A stretch of DNA of 64,000 nt from Candidatus Wolframiiraptor sinensis. Its GTDB lineage: Archaea > Thermoproteota > Nitrososphaeria_A > Caldarchaeales > Wolframiiraptoraceae. The stretch lies in NCBI GenBank assembly GCA_023261815.1, contig JALNKA010000002.1, positions 145,736-209,735 on the forward strand. Reading direction: 5' to 3'. How positions within the stretch are numbered: position 1 is the stretch's first letter; each line of letters begins with the position of its first letter. Made by a program: the position numbers and the translations under genes. A model generated the notes under the pieces. The model searched no databases. It saw only the letters and a list, made by a program, of their open reading frames with translations, and had not been told where the DNA came from. Shown one piece after another: positions 37,445 through 46,894 of the stretch.

Positions 37445-37774
37445 CTAGAGGACCTTGCAGCCTGCGGGAACCTCTCTCTGCGGTATTAGCGGCACTACAT
37501 CGTTCTCGCTGATGACGGCGGCGAGCAGCATGCACTCCGACATGACCCCCCTAATCTTCTTCGGCTTCAGGTTCACGACGAAGGCGAATTCCCTGCCAAT
37601 GAAGTCTTCAGGCTCGTAGATATGGCCAAGGCCCGCCACGGATTGCCTCTTGAACTCTCCGAAATCGACGATGAGCTTAAGTAGCCTGGCAGCCCCCTCG
37701 ACCCTCTCCGCGGAGATAACCCGCCCAATCCGGATATCTAGCCTCTGAAACTCGGAAAAATCGACCTCGGGCAT
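37445..37774 (-). CDS. Stand-alone tRNA-binding OB-fold protein (Trbp111/CsaA-like)
   Basis: LDIRIGRV..AE.V, LLKL.VDFG and VNLKPKKIRG..SECMLL motifs. Confidence 0.88.
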   Translation of the reverse strand: MPEVDFSEFQRLDIRIGRVISAERVEGAARLLKLIVDFGEFKRQSVAGLGHIYEPEDFIGREFAFVVNLKPKKIRGVMSECMLLAAVISENDVVPLIPQREVPAGCKVL

Positions 37775-37916
37775 GCCGCTATCACGCAGCCCAATATTCT
37801 CAGCGTATGCTTAAAAACTGTTCTCCGAGAAACTTTCAGCAAAAATGATGCATAAGATTATCCGAAACTCTTTTATATGAGTAAGACCTATTTAAAACCG
37901 ATGGGTGAAGACCTAA

Positions 37917-38090
37917 ATGGCGCGGAAGAGGGTAGCTAAAAAGGCTTCAGCTAAAAAGGGTGGTAGAGGGAGGGGCGGCAGAAAGAAGGCCGCCAAGAAG
38001 GCTGCTAAGAAGAGGGCTAAAAAAGCGCCTAGAAAGAGGGTTAAGAAGGCTGCTGCACCAGCGCCTCAAGAGGCTATAGAGCAGATTTAA
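37917..38090 (+). CDS. 57-aa Lys/Ala/Arg-rich, histone-H1-like basic protein
   Basis: MARKRVAKKASAKKGGRGRGGRKKAAKKAAKKRAKKAPRKRVKKAAAPAPQEAIEQI; TTTTATA box at about 37871 and GGGTGA SD at about 37903. Confidence 0.8.
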   Translation: MARKRVAKKASAKKGGRGRGGRKKAAKKAAKKRAKKAPRKRVKKAAAPAPQEAIEQI

Positions 38091-38128
38091 GCCGCCCCGG
38101 ATCCCCCATTTTTATGCGCGAAATCGCA

Positions 38129-38671
38129 TTAGTATAGGGCGTATCTATCCTCTAATTCCTTTTCCTTGATCGGCCGCTCTTTAATCGTCTCGAGCATTTG
38201 GCCGGTTAAAGCGGAGAGTACCGCGGGTGCTATCAGGATGAAGGTGAGGTCTATTGGTCTCGAGATTAGGTCTCCGGCGAGCCTGCTCACCGCCATGAGC
38301 CAGGCATGCTGATCCTGCCATGCTGGCGCCGAGAAGAATAGGGAGCCTATCCAGAGCATGAGTATCGTGGCGGAGGTTAGAAATGTCGCCTTCGCGGCGG
38401 CTTCAGGGCTCATGAGCAGGATGCCCACCACGCATCCTATGACCAGCCATAGCGTGAGCGGTACTGCGCCCAGCGGGGGATATCCTCCAATCATTGGCTG
38501 ACCAAAGGCCGAAGATATAGGGGCTAATAGGGGCGTATAGGCTCTTAGGAGTATTACGAATATGTCGAGCTGGCCCGAGGAGCGTGCTACGGGCTCATTT
38601 ACGCTCAGGAATAGGCCGGCGAGGGTTATTAGACCGAATCCCAGTCCATAGCCTATGAGCGCTCTAGTCAT
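38129..38671 (-). CDS. Hypothetical membrane protein (about 4 TM)
   Basis: Several hydrophobic segments and a charged C-tail. Confidence 0.65.
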   Translation of the reverse strand: MTRALIGYGLGFGLITLAGLFLSVNEPVARSSGQLDIFVILLRAYTPLLAPISSAFGQPMIGGYPPLGAVPLTLWLVIGCVVGILLMSPEAAAKATFLTSATILMLWIGSLFFSAPAWQDQHAWLMAVSRLAGDLISRPIDLTFILIAPAVLSALTGQMLETIKERPIKEKELEDRYALY

Positions 38672-38784
38672 CTTCCAAGCCGTGAATAGTTCATGCGTTC
38701 AAAAAAGTTTCTCGTCTCATGGGTTTTTAATCCCTATCAGGCGATTACCAAGATAGTTATCCGCGGATTACCGTGATAAGGATC

Positions 38785-40413
38785 TCAGCCGCGCCTAAGC
38801 CTCCAGATCATGAGCTCTCTGGGCAGCCTCTTTCGCTCGAACTGCTGCTCATATAGCTCCCTGATCCTCTGGATCGTGTCGGCCTCCTCCGGCGCCTTGT
38901 CAGCTCTTATCCTGGTTATTCTCGCAAATCTGAGGGCATATCCAGACCTGTACTTAGGGCTTCTCTGTATCTCGTTGAAGGCGACCTCGACGACTATTCT
39001 CGGCCTCACGGCAACCGTGTATCCATCATTGCTTATCGCGAGCTCTAGGAGCCTTTTCGTCATCCACTCGAACTCCTCATCCGTTAACCCCTTGAAGGTT
39101 TTTCCCACGACCTCGAATTCCCCGGTCTCGGGATTGTAGGCGGCGAGGTGGTAGTTGCTGAGCCAGCCGGATCTTCTTCCATGGCCCCAGTCAGCGGCCA
39201 CGATTACGAGGTCCAGCGTGTCGGCGGGCTTAATCTTGAACCAGAGCCGCTCGCGCCTGCCAGGCCTATAAGGCGACTCTAAGCTCTTCGCCATGATCCC
39301 TTCATGCCCTTCCTGCACGGCCCTCCTCATGAAAGATTGAACCTCCTCGAGTCTCGAGGATATTATCCTCGGTGCAAGGTGCTCTTCAGGTATCAGCTTC
39401 TCAAGTAGCTCGCGCCTCTCCCGGTAGGGCATGTCGAGCAGCTCCTGACCATCTAGGTAGAGTATGTCGAAGATCCAGAGCTTGAGCGGGATCCTCTCAG
39501 CCTCCTCCTCGACACCCTTAAGCCTCCTAAATCTTCTCAGTAGCTCTTGGAAGGGCATGGGCCTGCCGGCTTCATCAACCGCCACCACCTCGCCGTCGAG
39601 AACAATCTCGCTGAATCTCGATGAGAACTCCTTGACCACTTGCACGATATCCGGGAGGCTCCTAGTAACGTCGCTAAGCCTCCTCGAAAAGATCCTGACC
39701 TCGTTATCCTTTACGTGGATCTGAACGCGGGCTCCATCAAACTTATACTCGAAGCCCATTGGCTTATCGGACTCCTTTAAGAGCTGCTCCAAGTCATGGC
39801 ACATTTCGGCGAGCATTGGTCTCACGGGCCGAAAGACCTGAAGCCTCGTTGACCTGATCGCATCGCCCCCACCCCTCACCGCGAGCTCCACGAGATCCCC
39901 GATCCTCCCCACGAGCATGAATGCCCTCTGAACATCTTCTAGCGATGCTCCCGTCAGCTCGGCCACGGCCTCCAGCACGAGCCCCTCATTCACGCCATGC
40001 TGCATCTCGCCCATTAGTTGCTTGAGAAACCAGTGCTTCTCGAGAGCGCTCATCCTGGCGATTAGCCCTCGCAGAATCATCAGCTTTCTCTCCCTAGAGC
40101 CAGCCCCCCTGAGACTCGAGATCTCGCGCAGTCCATTCCATACCTCGAGTATTGTCAGCGGCTCTGCTGCTAGCAGAGTTGTCTGCCCAAGCTCTTCGAG
40201 GAGCTGATAGACCGCCGCGGCCCCGATGTCGAGCTTATCCTCATCGCCCTCCGGCATAACCCGCCCTATGAGTAGCAAGATCGCCGGCGCAACTTCATTG
40301 GGCTTAAGCTCCTGGAGAAGCCTAACTATCTGCGCGACCTTATCCTTTCTTCCGCTCAGAGCTTTAATCGACTCGCATGCTCTCGCGAGCCTAAGATATG
40401 GTGTGCTGGACAT
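38785..40413 (-). CDS. lig: ATP-dependent DNA ligase
   Basis: PMLA, EYKFDGARVQIH, LDGEVV, FDILY, EGIMAK, WFKIK and LRFARITRIR.DK motifs. Confidence 0.96.
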   Translation of the reverse strand: MSSTPYLRLARACESIKALSGRKDKVAQIVRLLQELKPNEVAPAILLLIGRVMPEGDEDKLDIGAAAVYQLLEELGQTTLLAAEPLTILEVWNGLREISSLRGAGSRERKLMILRGLIARMSALEKHWFLKQLMGEMQHGVNEGLVLEAVAELTGASLEDVQRAFMLVGRIGDLVELAVRGGGDAIRSTRLQVFRPVRPMLAEMCHDLEQLLKESDKPMGFEYKFDGARVQIHVKDNEVRIFSRRLSDVTRSLPDIVQVVKEFSSRFSEIVLDGEVVAVDEAGRPMPFQELLRRFRRLKGVEEEAERIPLKLWIFDILYLDGQELLDMPYRERRELLEKLIPEEHLAPRIISSRLEEVQSFMRRAVQEGHEGIMAKSLESPYRPGRRERLWFKIKPADTLDLVIVAADWGHGRRSGWLSNYHLAAYNPETGEFEVVGKTFKGLTDEEFEWMTKRLLELAISNDGYTVAVRPRIVVEVAFNEIQRSPKYRSGYALRFARITRIRADKAPEEADTIQRIRELYEQQFERKRLPRELMIWRLRRG

Positions 40414-40415
40414 CT

Positions 40416-40886
40416 TTACTCGATCTTGATCTCGATGCCCTTGGGCTTCTGGACCGGGAGCCTTAGAATGAGGACGCCGTCCCTGTATGATGCCTTCGCG
40501 GCCGATGGATCAGTCTCTCTCGGAAGCTCTATGAAGCACTTGTAGCCCTTCGCTTTGAATAGCCTCGCTCTCGAGGCCTTCTCCCTGAGCTCCTCGGAGA
40601 AGCCGGCCTCAACCATGAGATCCCTCCCCCTAACGCTCACGTCTATCGAGTCCTTCGAGGCGCCTGGAAGCTGGATGACCACGACGACCTCATCGCCATC
40701 TAAGTATGCTTCATGCTCCGGCACCAGGTAGTCCGCAGCCTCTCGAATGCGGCCGATCACGGGCCCCGTAGCTCTCAGCGCCGAGTCAACAACCCTTGAC
40801 AACTCCCTTGAAAGATCCCTCATCATCTGCTCAACTCTTCTTCTTATCTCCCGCTCGAACTCCTCGGGTGAGAACCCCTCCCCCAT
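40416..40886 (-). CDS. Small heat-shock protein (Hsp20)
   Basis: QLPGASKDSI, IELP and AKASYRDGVL.LRLP motifs. Confidence 0.9.
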   Translation of the reverse strand: MGEGFSPEEFEREIRRRVEQMMRDLSRELSRVVDSALRATGPVIGRIREAADYLVPEHEAYLDGDEVVVVIQLPGASKDSIDVSVRGRDLMVEAGFSEELREKASRARLFKAKGYKCFIELPRETDPSAAKASYRDGVLILRLPVQKPKGIEIKIE

Positions 40887-40987
40887 CAGGTTATAATGAT
40901 GCTCGGGGCGATTTAACATTTCTAATGCTTATATTGGGGAGATGCAGGTTATGGCCCAGCATTTTCAAGGGGGCTTGAGGCGCGTTT

Positions 40988-41776
40988 ATGGCGCGATGCT
41001 CGGTCTGCGGAAAGGAGATCCTGATGCCATTTAAGTGCAGCTACTGCGGCGACTACTTCTGCGCTGAGCACAGGCTTCCGGAAAAGCATTATTGCCCAGG
41101 AATATTCGCCGCAGCCTCACCCTATGAGAAGGAGCGAAAGAGCCGGGTTGAGATAGAGGAGTGGATGCCGCCAAGACCGGTGAGCAGGCTCAGCCCATCC
41201 GCGCGGGACGAGATCATTCATCTCAGCATCGGGACGATGCTCGTTGTGCTAGTCGGCTTCTCCATAATAGGGTATAATTTCAGGATCCCGCCGATCTTTC
41301 TCGCGGCTTATGCAACAGGCTTCGCCGCATCATTCCTAATACATGAGCTGGCTCATAGGAGCTATGCGAGGTCTAAGGGGCTTTACGCGAAATTCAAGCT
41401 TGACCCCATGGGAGCTATACTGACTCTCGTGACCTCCATACCATTTATACCGTTCAAGATAATTGCTCCCGGAGCTGTAGTGATATTCGGGTTGGCGCCG
41501 ATCGACGTGCTCGGCATGACGGCGCTCATCGGCCCGCTCTCGAACATAGCGCTCTCAGCGATCTTCGCGATCGCTGGGTTAGCGATACCAACTTTGGCCC
41601 GGATATTCCTGCCGCTAAGCCTGCTAAATGCCTTCATCGCCCTATTCAACCTGATACCCCTCGGCGAGCTCGACGGCAGGAAGATTCTGGCATGGAGCCC
41701 ATCAAAGTGGGCAATATCCTTCGCCCTAAGCATAATCCTGCTAATCACTACCGGGTTCATGTTCTACTACTTCTAA
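40988..41776 (+). CDS. AN1 zinc finger fused to M50 (site-2) membrane metalloprotease
   Basis: CSVC..MPFKCSYCG..FC.EHRLPE.H.C zinc finger; HELAH, GPLSN and FNLIP..LDG protease motifs. Confidence 0.9.
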   Translation: MARCSVCGKEILMPFKCSYCGDYFCAEHRLPEKHYCPGIFAAASPYEKERKSRVEIEEWMPPRPVSRLSPSARDEIIHLSIGTMLVVLVGFSIIGYNFRIPPIFLAAYATGFAASFLIHELAHRSYARSKGLYAKFKLDPMGAILTLVTSIPFIPFKIIAPGAVVIFGLAPIDVLGMTALIGPLSNIALSAIFAIAGLAIPTLARIFLPLSLLNAFIALFNLIPLGELDGRKILAWSPSKWAISFALSIILLITTGFMFYYF

Positions 41777-41818
41777 TAACATCATGCTCGCGATTTCGAG
41801 GGCGGAGTGTTCTGGGGG

Positions 41819-41920
41819 TGGTGGGGCCGCCGGGATTTGAACCCGGGACCTCCAGCGCTCTGGAGGTCTTATTCTCTGCTTCCCCAGGCTGGTGTCCTAG
41901 CCAAGCTAGACCACGGCCCC
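41819..41920 (-). tRNA. tRNA-Pro(GGG) with 24-nt canonical intron, CCA encoded
   Basis: Reverse complement GGGGCCG...CCAGC-CT-GGG-G-[AAGCAGAGAATAAGACCTCCAGAG]-C-GCTGG...TTCAAAT...CGGCCCC-A-CCA; BHB central helix CTGG/CCAG is perfect. Confidence 0.95.
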
Positions 41921-42243
41921 ACCATCATCACCTGCTCCTATGGGTTCTAATTACTCTTTTCCCCTCTTCTTCACGCTGGGAGAGCCCTGCGACTAGCATG
42001 CGGCGAGGCTCGAGACAGGAGAATAGGTATGAGATCAAGAAGGGGGTGATCGAGCTCGTCAAAATTTTGGAAGCTAAGGGGCTCGTTAATATTACCAGCA
42101 TGGAAGTTAAGCTCATGCCGCGATCAATGATCGCATCATTCTGTCGAATCTATTCCTCAATCTTTTCAGAGTTTTTCTTTCTCAGAACGGACGTCAAAAT
42201 ATCCGTGGTTGGACAGTAAATATTTGGGCGCTTTTTCATCGCT

Positions 42244-42747
42244 CTAGTAGGCGGTGACGCTTTTTATCTTGGGTATTTTGAGGAGCTCGTTTAACCCCTC
42301 TCCGGAGAGGGGCTTCTCGAGGACAAGTATGAGCTTCGGCTCCGGGAAGAGCTCCGGGTCCTCGGCCACCGCCTGCCTTATACTGATGTTCTCCCTGGCT
42401 ATTATCTCGGTCGCCTTCGCTATTATGCCAGCGGCTGTGGGATCTGCTCTTATCTCGACGACATAGAATCCAAGCTCCTTGGCTACGGGCGCTATGAAAG
42501 CTCCAGCCGGCCTAATTCCCGTGAAGATCTTTCTCAGAGTCTCGTCCTCGAGTATCTGCTGAACCGTCTTCCTGACTATGCGCCTATCGACGCCGGTAGC
42601 CTTGGCGAGCGAGCTATCAGGAATCTCAACGGGACCCACAACGACTCTGCCCTGCTCATTAATTCCGATTCCGTTTTCTATCATGAGCCTTACAACCCTT
42701 AATCGCGCGGGAAACTCCTGGAAGCGCGCGGCTATCTTACGCCACAC
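42244..42747 (-). CDS. ACT-domain amino-acid-binding regulator (COG2150-like)
   Basis: LAKATGVDRRIV HTH-like segment, GIIA, ISIRQAVAEDPEL and PKL.LV motifs. Confidence 0.85.
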   Translation of the reverse strand: MWRKIAARFQEFPARLRVVRLMIENGIGINEQGRVVVGPVEIPDSSLAKATGVDRRIVRKTVQQILEDETLRKIFTGIRPAGAFIAPVAKELGFYVVEIRADPTAAGIIAKATEIIARENISIRQAVAEDPELFPEPKLILVLEKPLSGEGLNELLKIPKIKSVTAY

Positions 42748-42805
42748 ATCGAGAAATATACTGGATTGGATTTATGTGTTGCGCTAGCTTAGATCACGAA
42801 ATTTC

Positions 42806-43968
42806 CTATGGTCGTCCGCGGACCCCGCGCATAACATAAGATGTTATGGCGATGAGGAGGGCTAATGGAGCGAAGATCAGCTGAGCATATGATGAGCCGA
42901 ATAGCTCGAATAGCATGCCGGTGACTACTGTCGATGTGAATGACCCCAGTGTCGCGAAAGTATATACTATCCCCGATAATGCCCGCCGATCTCCGGATGC
43001 ATCGAGATGGCCCAGGCAATTGTTGTCGAATATGCTGGGGCTAGAAGAAGACCTGAGGAAGACCATAGACCGATTTTTGCGTAAATTGGAATTGGAAGTG
43101 ATACCAAAAGCATTAAAAAGCATGAGCATCCTCTGGCGATCACTAAGACCCTCCAGTACCCGATTCTATCTATGAAGGGCGCCTAGAGAAGCCTTCCCAT
43201 GACGCTTAATACCCAAAATAATCCCACAGCTAGGCCAGCCTCCATAAGCGATGCTCCTTGATCGCTTAAGATTGATGGAAGCCATGCTGTTATGCTAAGC
43301 TGGTTCGCAACTATGAGGAACGGGATAATCATTAGTGGAAGTGCACCTAAGACCTGGCCCGGCTTCGCATACATCTTCTCGCGAATCATATTCGAATGAT
43401 CTTTGGCCTTAGCCAACTTCGCCGCCGTGATCCAGCTTATCAGGGATGAGGCTAGGAGGAGGGGGAACATCATAAGATATCCTACTCTCCAACTTCCATA
43501 GGCTAAGGTGGCGTAGGCGGCTATGATCGGGGCCCAAAGACGATCCAATATTCCAGCCGATGTGGAGTAGATTTATCACCATTCCGCGCTTCTCGTCGAA
43601 AGCGTCCGAAATGAATGCATTTACCGAGCTCTCGAAGAACCCTATGCCCGCTCCGAGGATGAAGAATTATGCTCCGAGAATTAGCGCGTTGGGCGAGCTC
43701 GAGAGGAGCAGGGCGCCCAGCCCCATCACGAGAAGGGAAAGGGATACCAGCCTTATCTTGCCGAACAGATCCGATAAACTCCTCCGAGTATTGCAAGGGC
43801 CCCCGCCAAAGATTGGAGGCTCACTACGACGCCGATGATGGATTCGCTCAGCACCAGCTCATTCCTGATCCCGAGTAGGGCAGACCCAACCTCCGTCGCC
43901 GTTATCGCATATAATATATACGAGGAGAAGCACAATAGTCATAGAAACTTTCTCGACATCATTCGCAT
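42806..43968 (-). pseudogene. Decayed MFS transporter
   Basis: Joined reading MRMMSRKFL*LLCF...LGGV/LSDLFGKIR...GA*FFILGAGIGFFESSVNAFISD...GWNIGSSLGP/IIAA...WLPSIL...GRLL shows at least two stops and several frameshifts; MFS motif A is recognisable. Confidence 0.85.
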
Positions 43969-43973
43969 GACTT

Positions 43974-44729
43974 CTAATGCCGTCGTCTTCGATTTAAAGC
44001 ATTATCACTTTTATTTCTACTCGTGGTGGCCAGCTCCTTCAGGATCGAGATCTCGTTGATCTTCCTTCCATTGAGTAGCTCCCAGATTATTCCCGTGGGC
44101 CTCTCTTTTCTCGTGGAAACTCTGATGAGTTTTGTTGGCGTGGCGATGATATCCAGCGTCAGGTCATATGGGTCTCTTGGGAGCCTATTCACGAGCTGGA
44201 GGTCATGAATGTTCGTTGCTATCATTATGTCTCGATCTATTTTGCCATATTCGAGCAGGATCGCGTATTCGAGCTCGCTGTATCCTCCTCCCTTCCCGAG
44301 CCTGAGGCCGTCCCTTGTCGCCGCGACCGATCCCGTGACGATAAAATTTATCCTTGGTAGATCTCTTGGATGGGTTCTTCTGCCGAGGATGAGGGCTCCT
44401 CTTATCGTCGAGGCCTGCTCGAGCATCTCTTGAGGTATTCTCGATGGATCTAGGATTAGGAATCCCTCTTTAAGCCTCGGGGTCGGCATGACCAAGATCT
44501 TGCCATCTAGGAGACACCTGTATCTCACGTGCTTCTGAGGCGAGTCGGGGCTCACCTTGACGACGCTTGCGGCGCGATACTCCTCGAGCCCGAGTATTCT
44601 CTCGGCTGCGCGCTCCGCTCCGGCGAAGTTCGGTATCCTCCCATAGATCGGCTTCGGGAATCTCGCGACACCCCTACTCTCGAGAAGCCTCCAGATCTCC
44701 TCCCTTATCATCTGCTTCTCATCGCTCAT
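43974..44729 (-). CDS. 5-formyltetrahydrofolate cyclo-ligase family protein (MTHFSD-like)
   Basis: GRIPNFAGAE.AA, VKVSPDSPQ, PTPRL, GSVA..G.RLGKGGGYSELEY and DIIATPT motifs. Confidence 0.9.
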   Translation of the reverse strand: MSDEKQMIREEIWRLLESRGVARFPKPIYGRIPNFAGAERAAERILGLEEYRAASVVKVSPDSPQKHVRYRCLLDGKILVMPTPRLKEGFLILDPSRIPQEMLEQASTIRGALILGRRTHPRDLPRINFIVTGSVAATRDGLRLGKGGGYSELEYAILLEYGKIDRDIMIATNIHDLQLVNRLPRDPYDLTLDIIATPTKLIRVSTRKERPTGIIWELLNGRKINEISILKELATTSRNKSDNALNRRRRH

Positions 44730-44741
44730 TTCACAGGCGAA

Positions 44742-45500
44742 TCACCTTTCCAGCAAGTTTAAGCTTTTCATGAGGTGATGGAAGCACTCATCGCTAAGCC
44801 GCATCTTGTAATCCCTCACTACGTCGAGCGGCGGCTCCTCGACTCCGAGCATCCTCTTGATCTTCCGCGAGAACGGGCCGTAGAGGAAGTAGTTGAAGAG
44901 GGAGGTCACGTTCGAGGGTCTCCTCATGGTGCTCGCCTTCCCGAAGTCTATTATGACGGGCTTGAGCTCCCGCCTCACGATCACGTGCCTCCTGACATCG
45001 CTCAGCTCCCCGTGATCCAAACCTATTTCATCCAGCCTTCTCGCATCCTCAAAGCAAGCTCTCATAACCACTCGGAGATCATCCGGACGATCATTTTCGA
45101 GGCTACTCAGCCACTTCTCCAGCGATTCTCCCTCGATGAGCTCCAGAGCTAATACCATGTCTGTGAATCCTAGGAGCATTGGCCCGACGCTGATGCTGTT
45201 AGCCATGGACGTGGCCTCGGCCTCCCGCCTCAAGCTCTGCATCGTCGAATCCGTTCTCAGAATCTTCAGCGCGACATCTCTTCCCCCGATCCTCCCCCTC
45301 AAGACGAAGCCCCTATAGCCCTTGCCCAGTATGATGGGCTCAAGCCTCCCGCCTACATCCATGAAGGCGATGCTCTCGACCCTTAGCTTCCTCAAATCAT
45401 CGAGAGCCCTCAATGCGTACTCGACGCTGCGCTTTGGAAATGATAGGTGGATGAGGAGATACTCTCTCCTGCCTATCTCCTCGAGATCTACGTGGATCAT
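44742..45500 (-). CDS. Predicted Ser/Thr protein kinase (COG2112-like)
   Basis: ILGKGYRG.V, VALK, DHGELS and IIDFG.AS motifs. Confidence 0.85.
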   Translation of the reverse strand: MIHVDLEEIGRREYLLIHLSFPKRSVEYALRALDDLRKLRVESIAFMDVGGRLEPIILGKGYRGFVLRGRIGGRDVALKILRTDSTMQSLRREAEATSMANSISVGPMLLGFTDMVLALELIEGESLEKWLSSLENDRPDDLRVVMRACFEDARRLDEIGLDHGELSDVRRHVIVRRELKPVIIDFGKASTMRRPSNVTSLFNYFLYGPFSRKIKRMLGVEEPPLDVVRDYKMRLSDECFHHLMKSLNLLER

Positions 45501-46894
45501 TTCCTGAGGAACGGCGGCCTCGCCGCTAGGAACTCCGCGAGAAACCTCCTCAGATCATCATTTCTCGAGGCCAGCTTTAGCAGGCTTCTCGCATCAGCGC
45601 TTATCCTCGATCTCTTGATCGGCTCGACAAGCCCCTTAGAAATGGAGACTTGGCCGCTCCTGACTCTCTCCCTCAGCAGCCTGTGAGCTGCGGTTTCCTC
45701 GCGCCTCCTCAAGACATATAGCCTATCGCCCTCGATCCATGGGCCCACCGCAGCCCTAGACCACTTCTCAAGAAACTCGTCCGCGCTCCTGAGGTATACT
45801 GGAGGCCCCTTGTGGAGATGATGTCGCGGCAGCTCCACCCCATCGAGCTCGAAGATCATCAAGCATTCTCTTCGCTCATCTGTCCATGAGCCACTTCGAT
45901 AGACTGTGAAGCCGAGGCTCTCGAGGCTTCTTCTAATTCCTTGCTCGCTCCGCTTAAGCTCTCCCCAGAGCACATCCCTCGGTCTCGGGCTATCAAGCTT
46001 GAAGCTGACGTAGAGGATGCTCCTATCTCTGATGAGACCTTTCAGCTCCTTGATTCTCGGAGCCGGATCGATCGGCTTGAAGAACCTGATTGACGGCTTC
46101 TTGAGGAAGATCCTGGATGCCAATATAAGCTCTGAGAGCCTCGTCAGGGAGACCGCCGCCGCAGCATTCCTGGACCTGTCAACCGGGTCCACAACTATGA
46201 GGGGGCTATCTGGGAAGGCCTCCAAAGCCCTCTCCTCAGACTCGTAGTATCTCTCTAGGTCTATCACGATGGGTGGCTTCCAGCATGATATCTCCCTGAC
46301 CGCCGAGAGGAAGTCTCCATAGTATAGTATTAGGAGCTCCGTGAGGTATCCGCTGAAGCCCTCGATCTTTATCTCTGCTCCATAGACCCCACATGCCTTC
46401 ATGAAGCCCTTAAGAAGCCTGACCTCATCCTCTTGGTCCGGCTTAAGCTTGCTGAGCACGTATCTCGTGTGATATGGCGTTCGATCCGTTGCGCTCATCC
46501 AGTTCGGCGGCTCAACCCTATAGCATGCGACGACATCAACGGTAACCCCATTCACGATGCCCTCGACATATGGATGGTCGGCGTACATTATCATGGGCTC
46601 TCCGCCGAGACTCTCGACTATCCTGGATCCGAGGTCCACGATGATCTTCTCGAGTTCTTCCCTCGAGATCCCGGGATCAAAGTGTATGAATATATCTGCT
46701 TCAGCTCTCCCCCTGATCCAAGTGTTCTTCGCGGCGGATCCCTCGAGGCTCACGTCAAGCGCTCCCGCAACGCCTGAGATCTCCCTCCTCGCCGCCGAGA
46801 GCGCCTTCTCAACGATCCTCCTCAGCGCGCGCTCCTCCAGCCTCGTCGGCCTAACGATCCTCCTAGCCCTCTCAACAACATCCTCCATGCTCAT
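45497..46894 (-). CDS. cca: CCA-adding tRNA nucleotidyltransferase (class I)
   Basis: GSAAKNTW..EADIF, YADHPYV, DRTPYHT, GFSGYL.ELL and DPVD..RNAAAA motifs. Confidence 0.96.
   Translation of the reverse strand: MSMEDVVERARRIVRPTRLEERALRRIVEKALSAARREISGVAGALDVSLEGSAAKNTWIRGRAEADIFIHFDPGISREELEKIIVDLGSRIVESLGGEPMIMYADHPYVEGIVNGVTVDVVACYRVEPPNWMSATDRTPYHTRYVLSKLKPDQEDEVRLLKGFMKACGVYGAEIKIEGFSGYLTELLILYYGDFLSAVREISCWKPPIVIDLERYYESEERALEAFPDSPLIVVDPVDRSRNAAAAVSLTRLSELILASRIFLKKPSIRFFKPIDPAPRIKELKGLIRDRSILYVSFKLDSPRPRDVLWGELKRSEQGIRRSLESLGFTVYRSGSWTDERRECLMIFELDGVELPRHHLHKGPPVYLRSADEFLEKWSRAAVGPWIEGDRLYVLRRREETAAHRLLRERVRSGQVSISKGLVEPIKRSRISADARSLLKLASRNDDLRRFLAEFLAARPPFLRK

Noticed and set aside
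41692-42219. 175-aa ORF (and likewise 6674-6964)
   Set aside because: Each spans a tRNA gene; a short remnant at about 41998-42219 could not be assigned.
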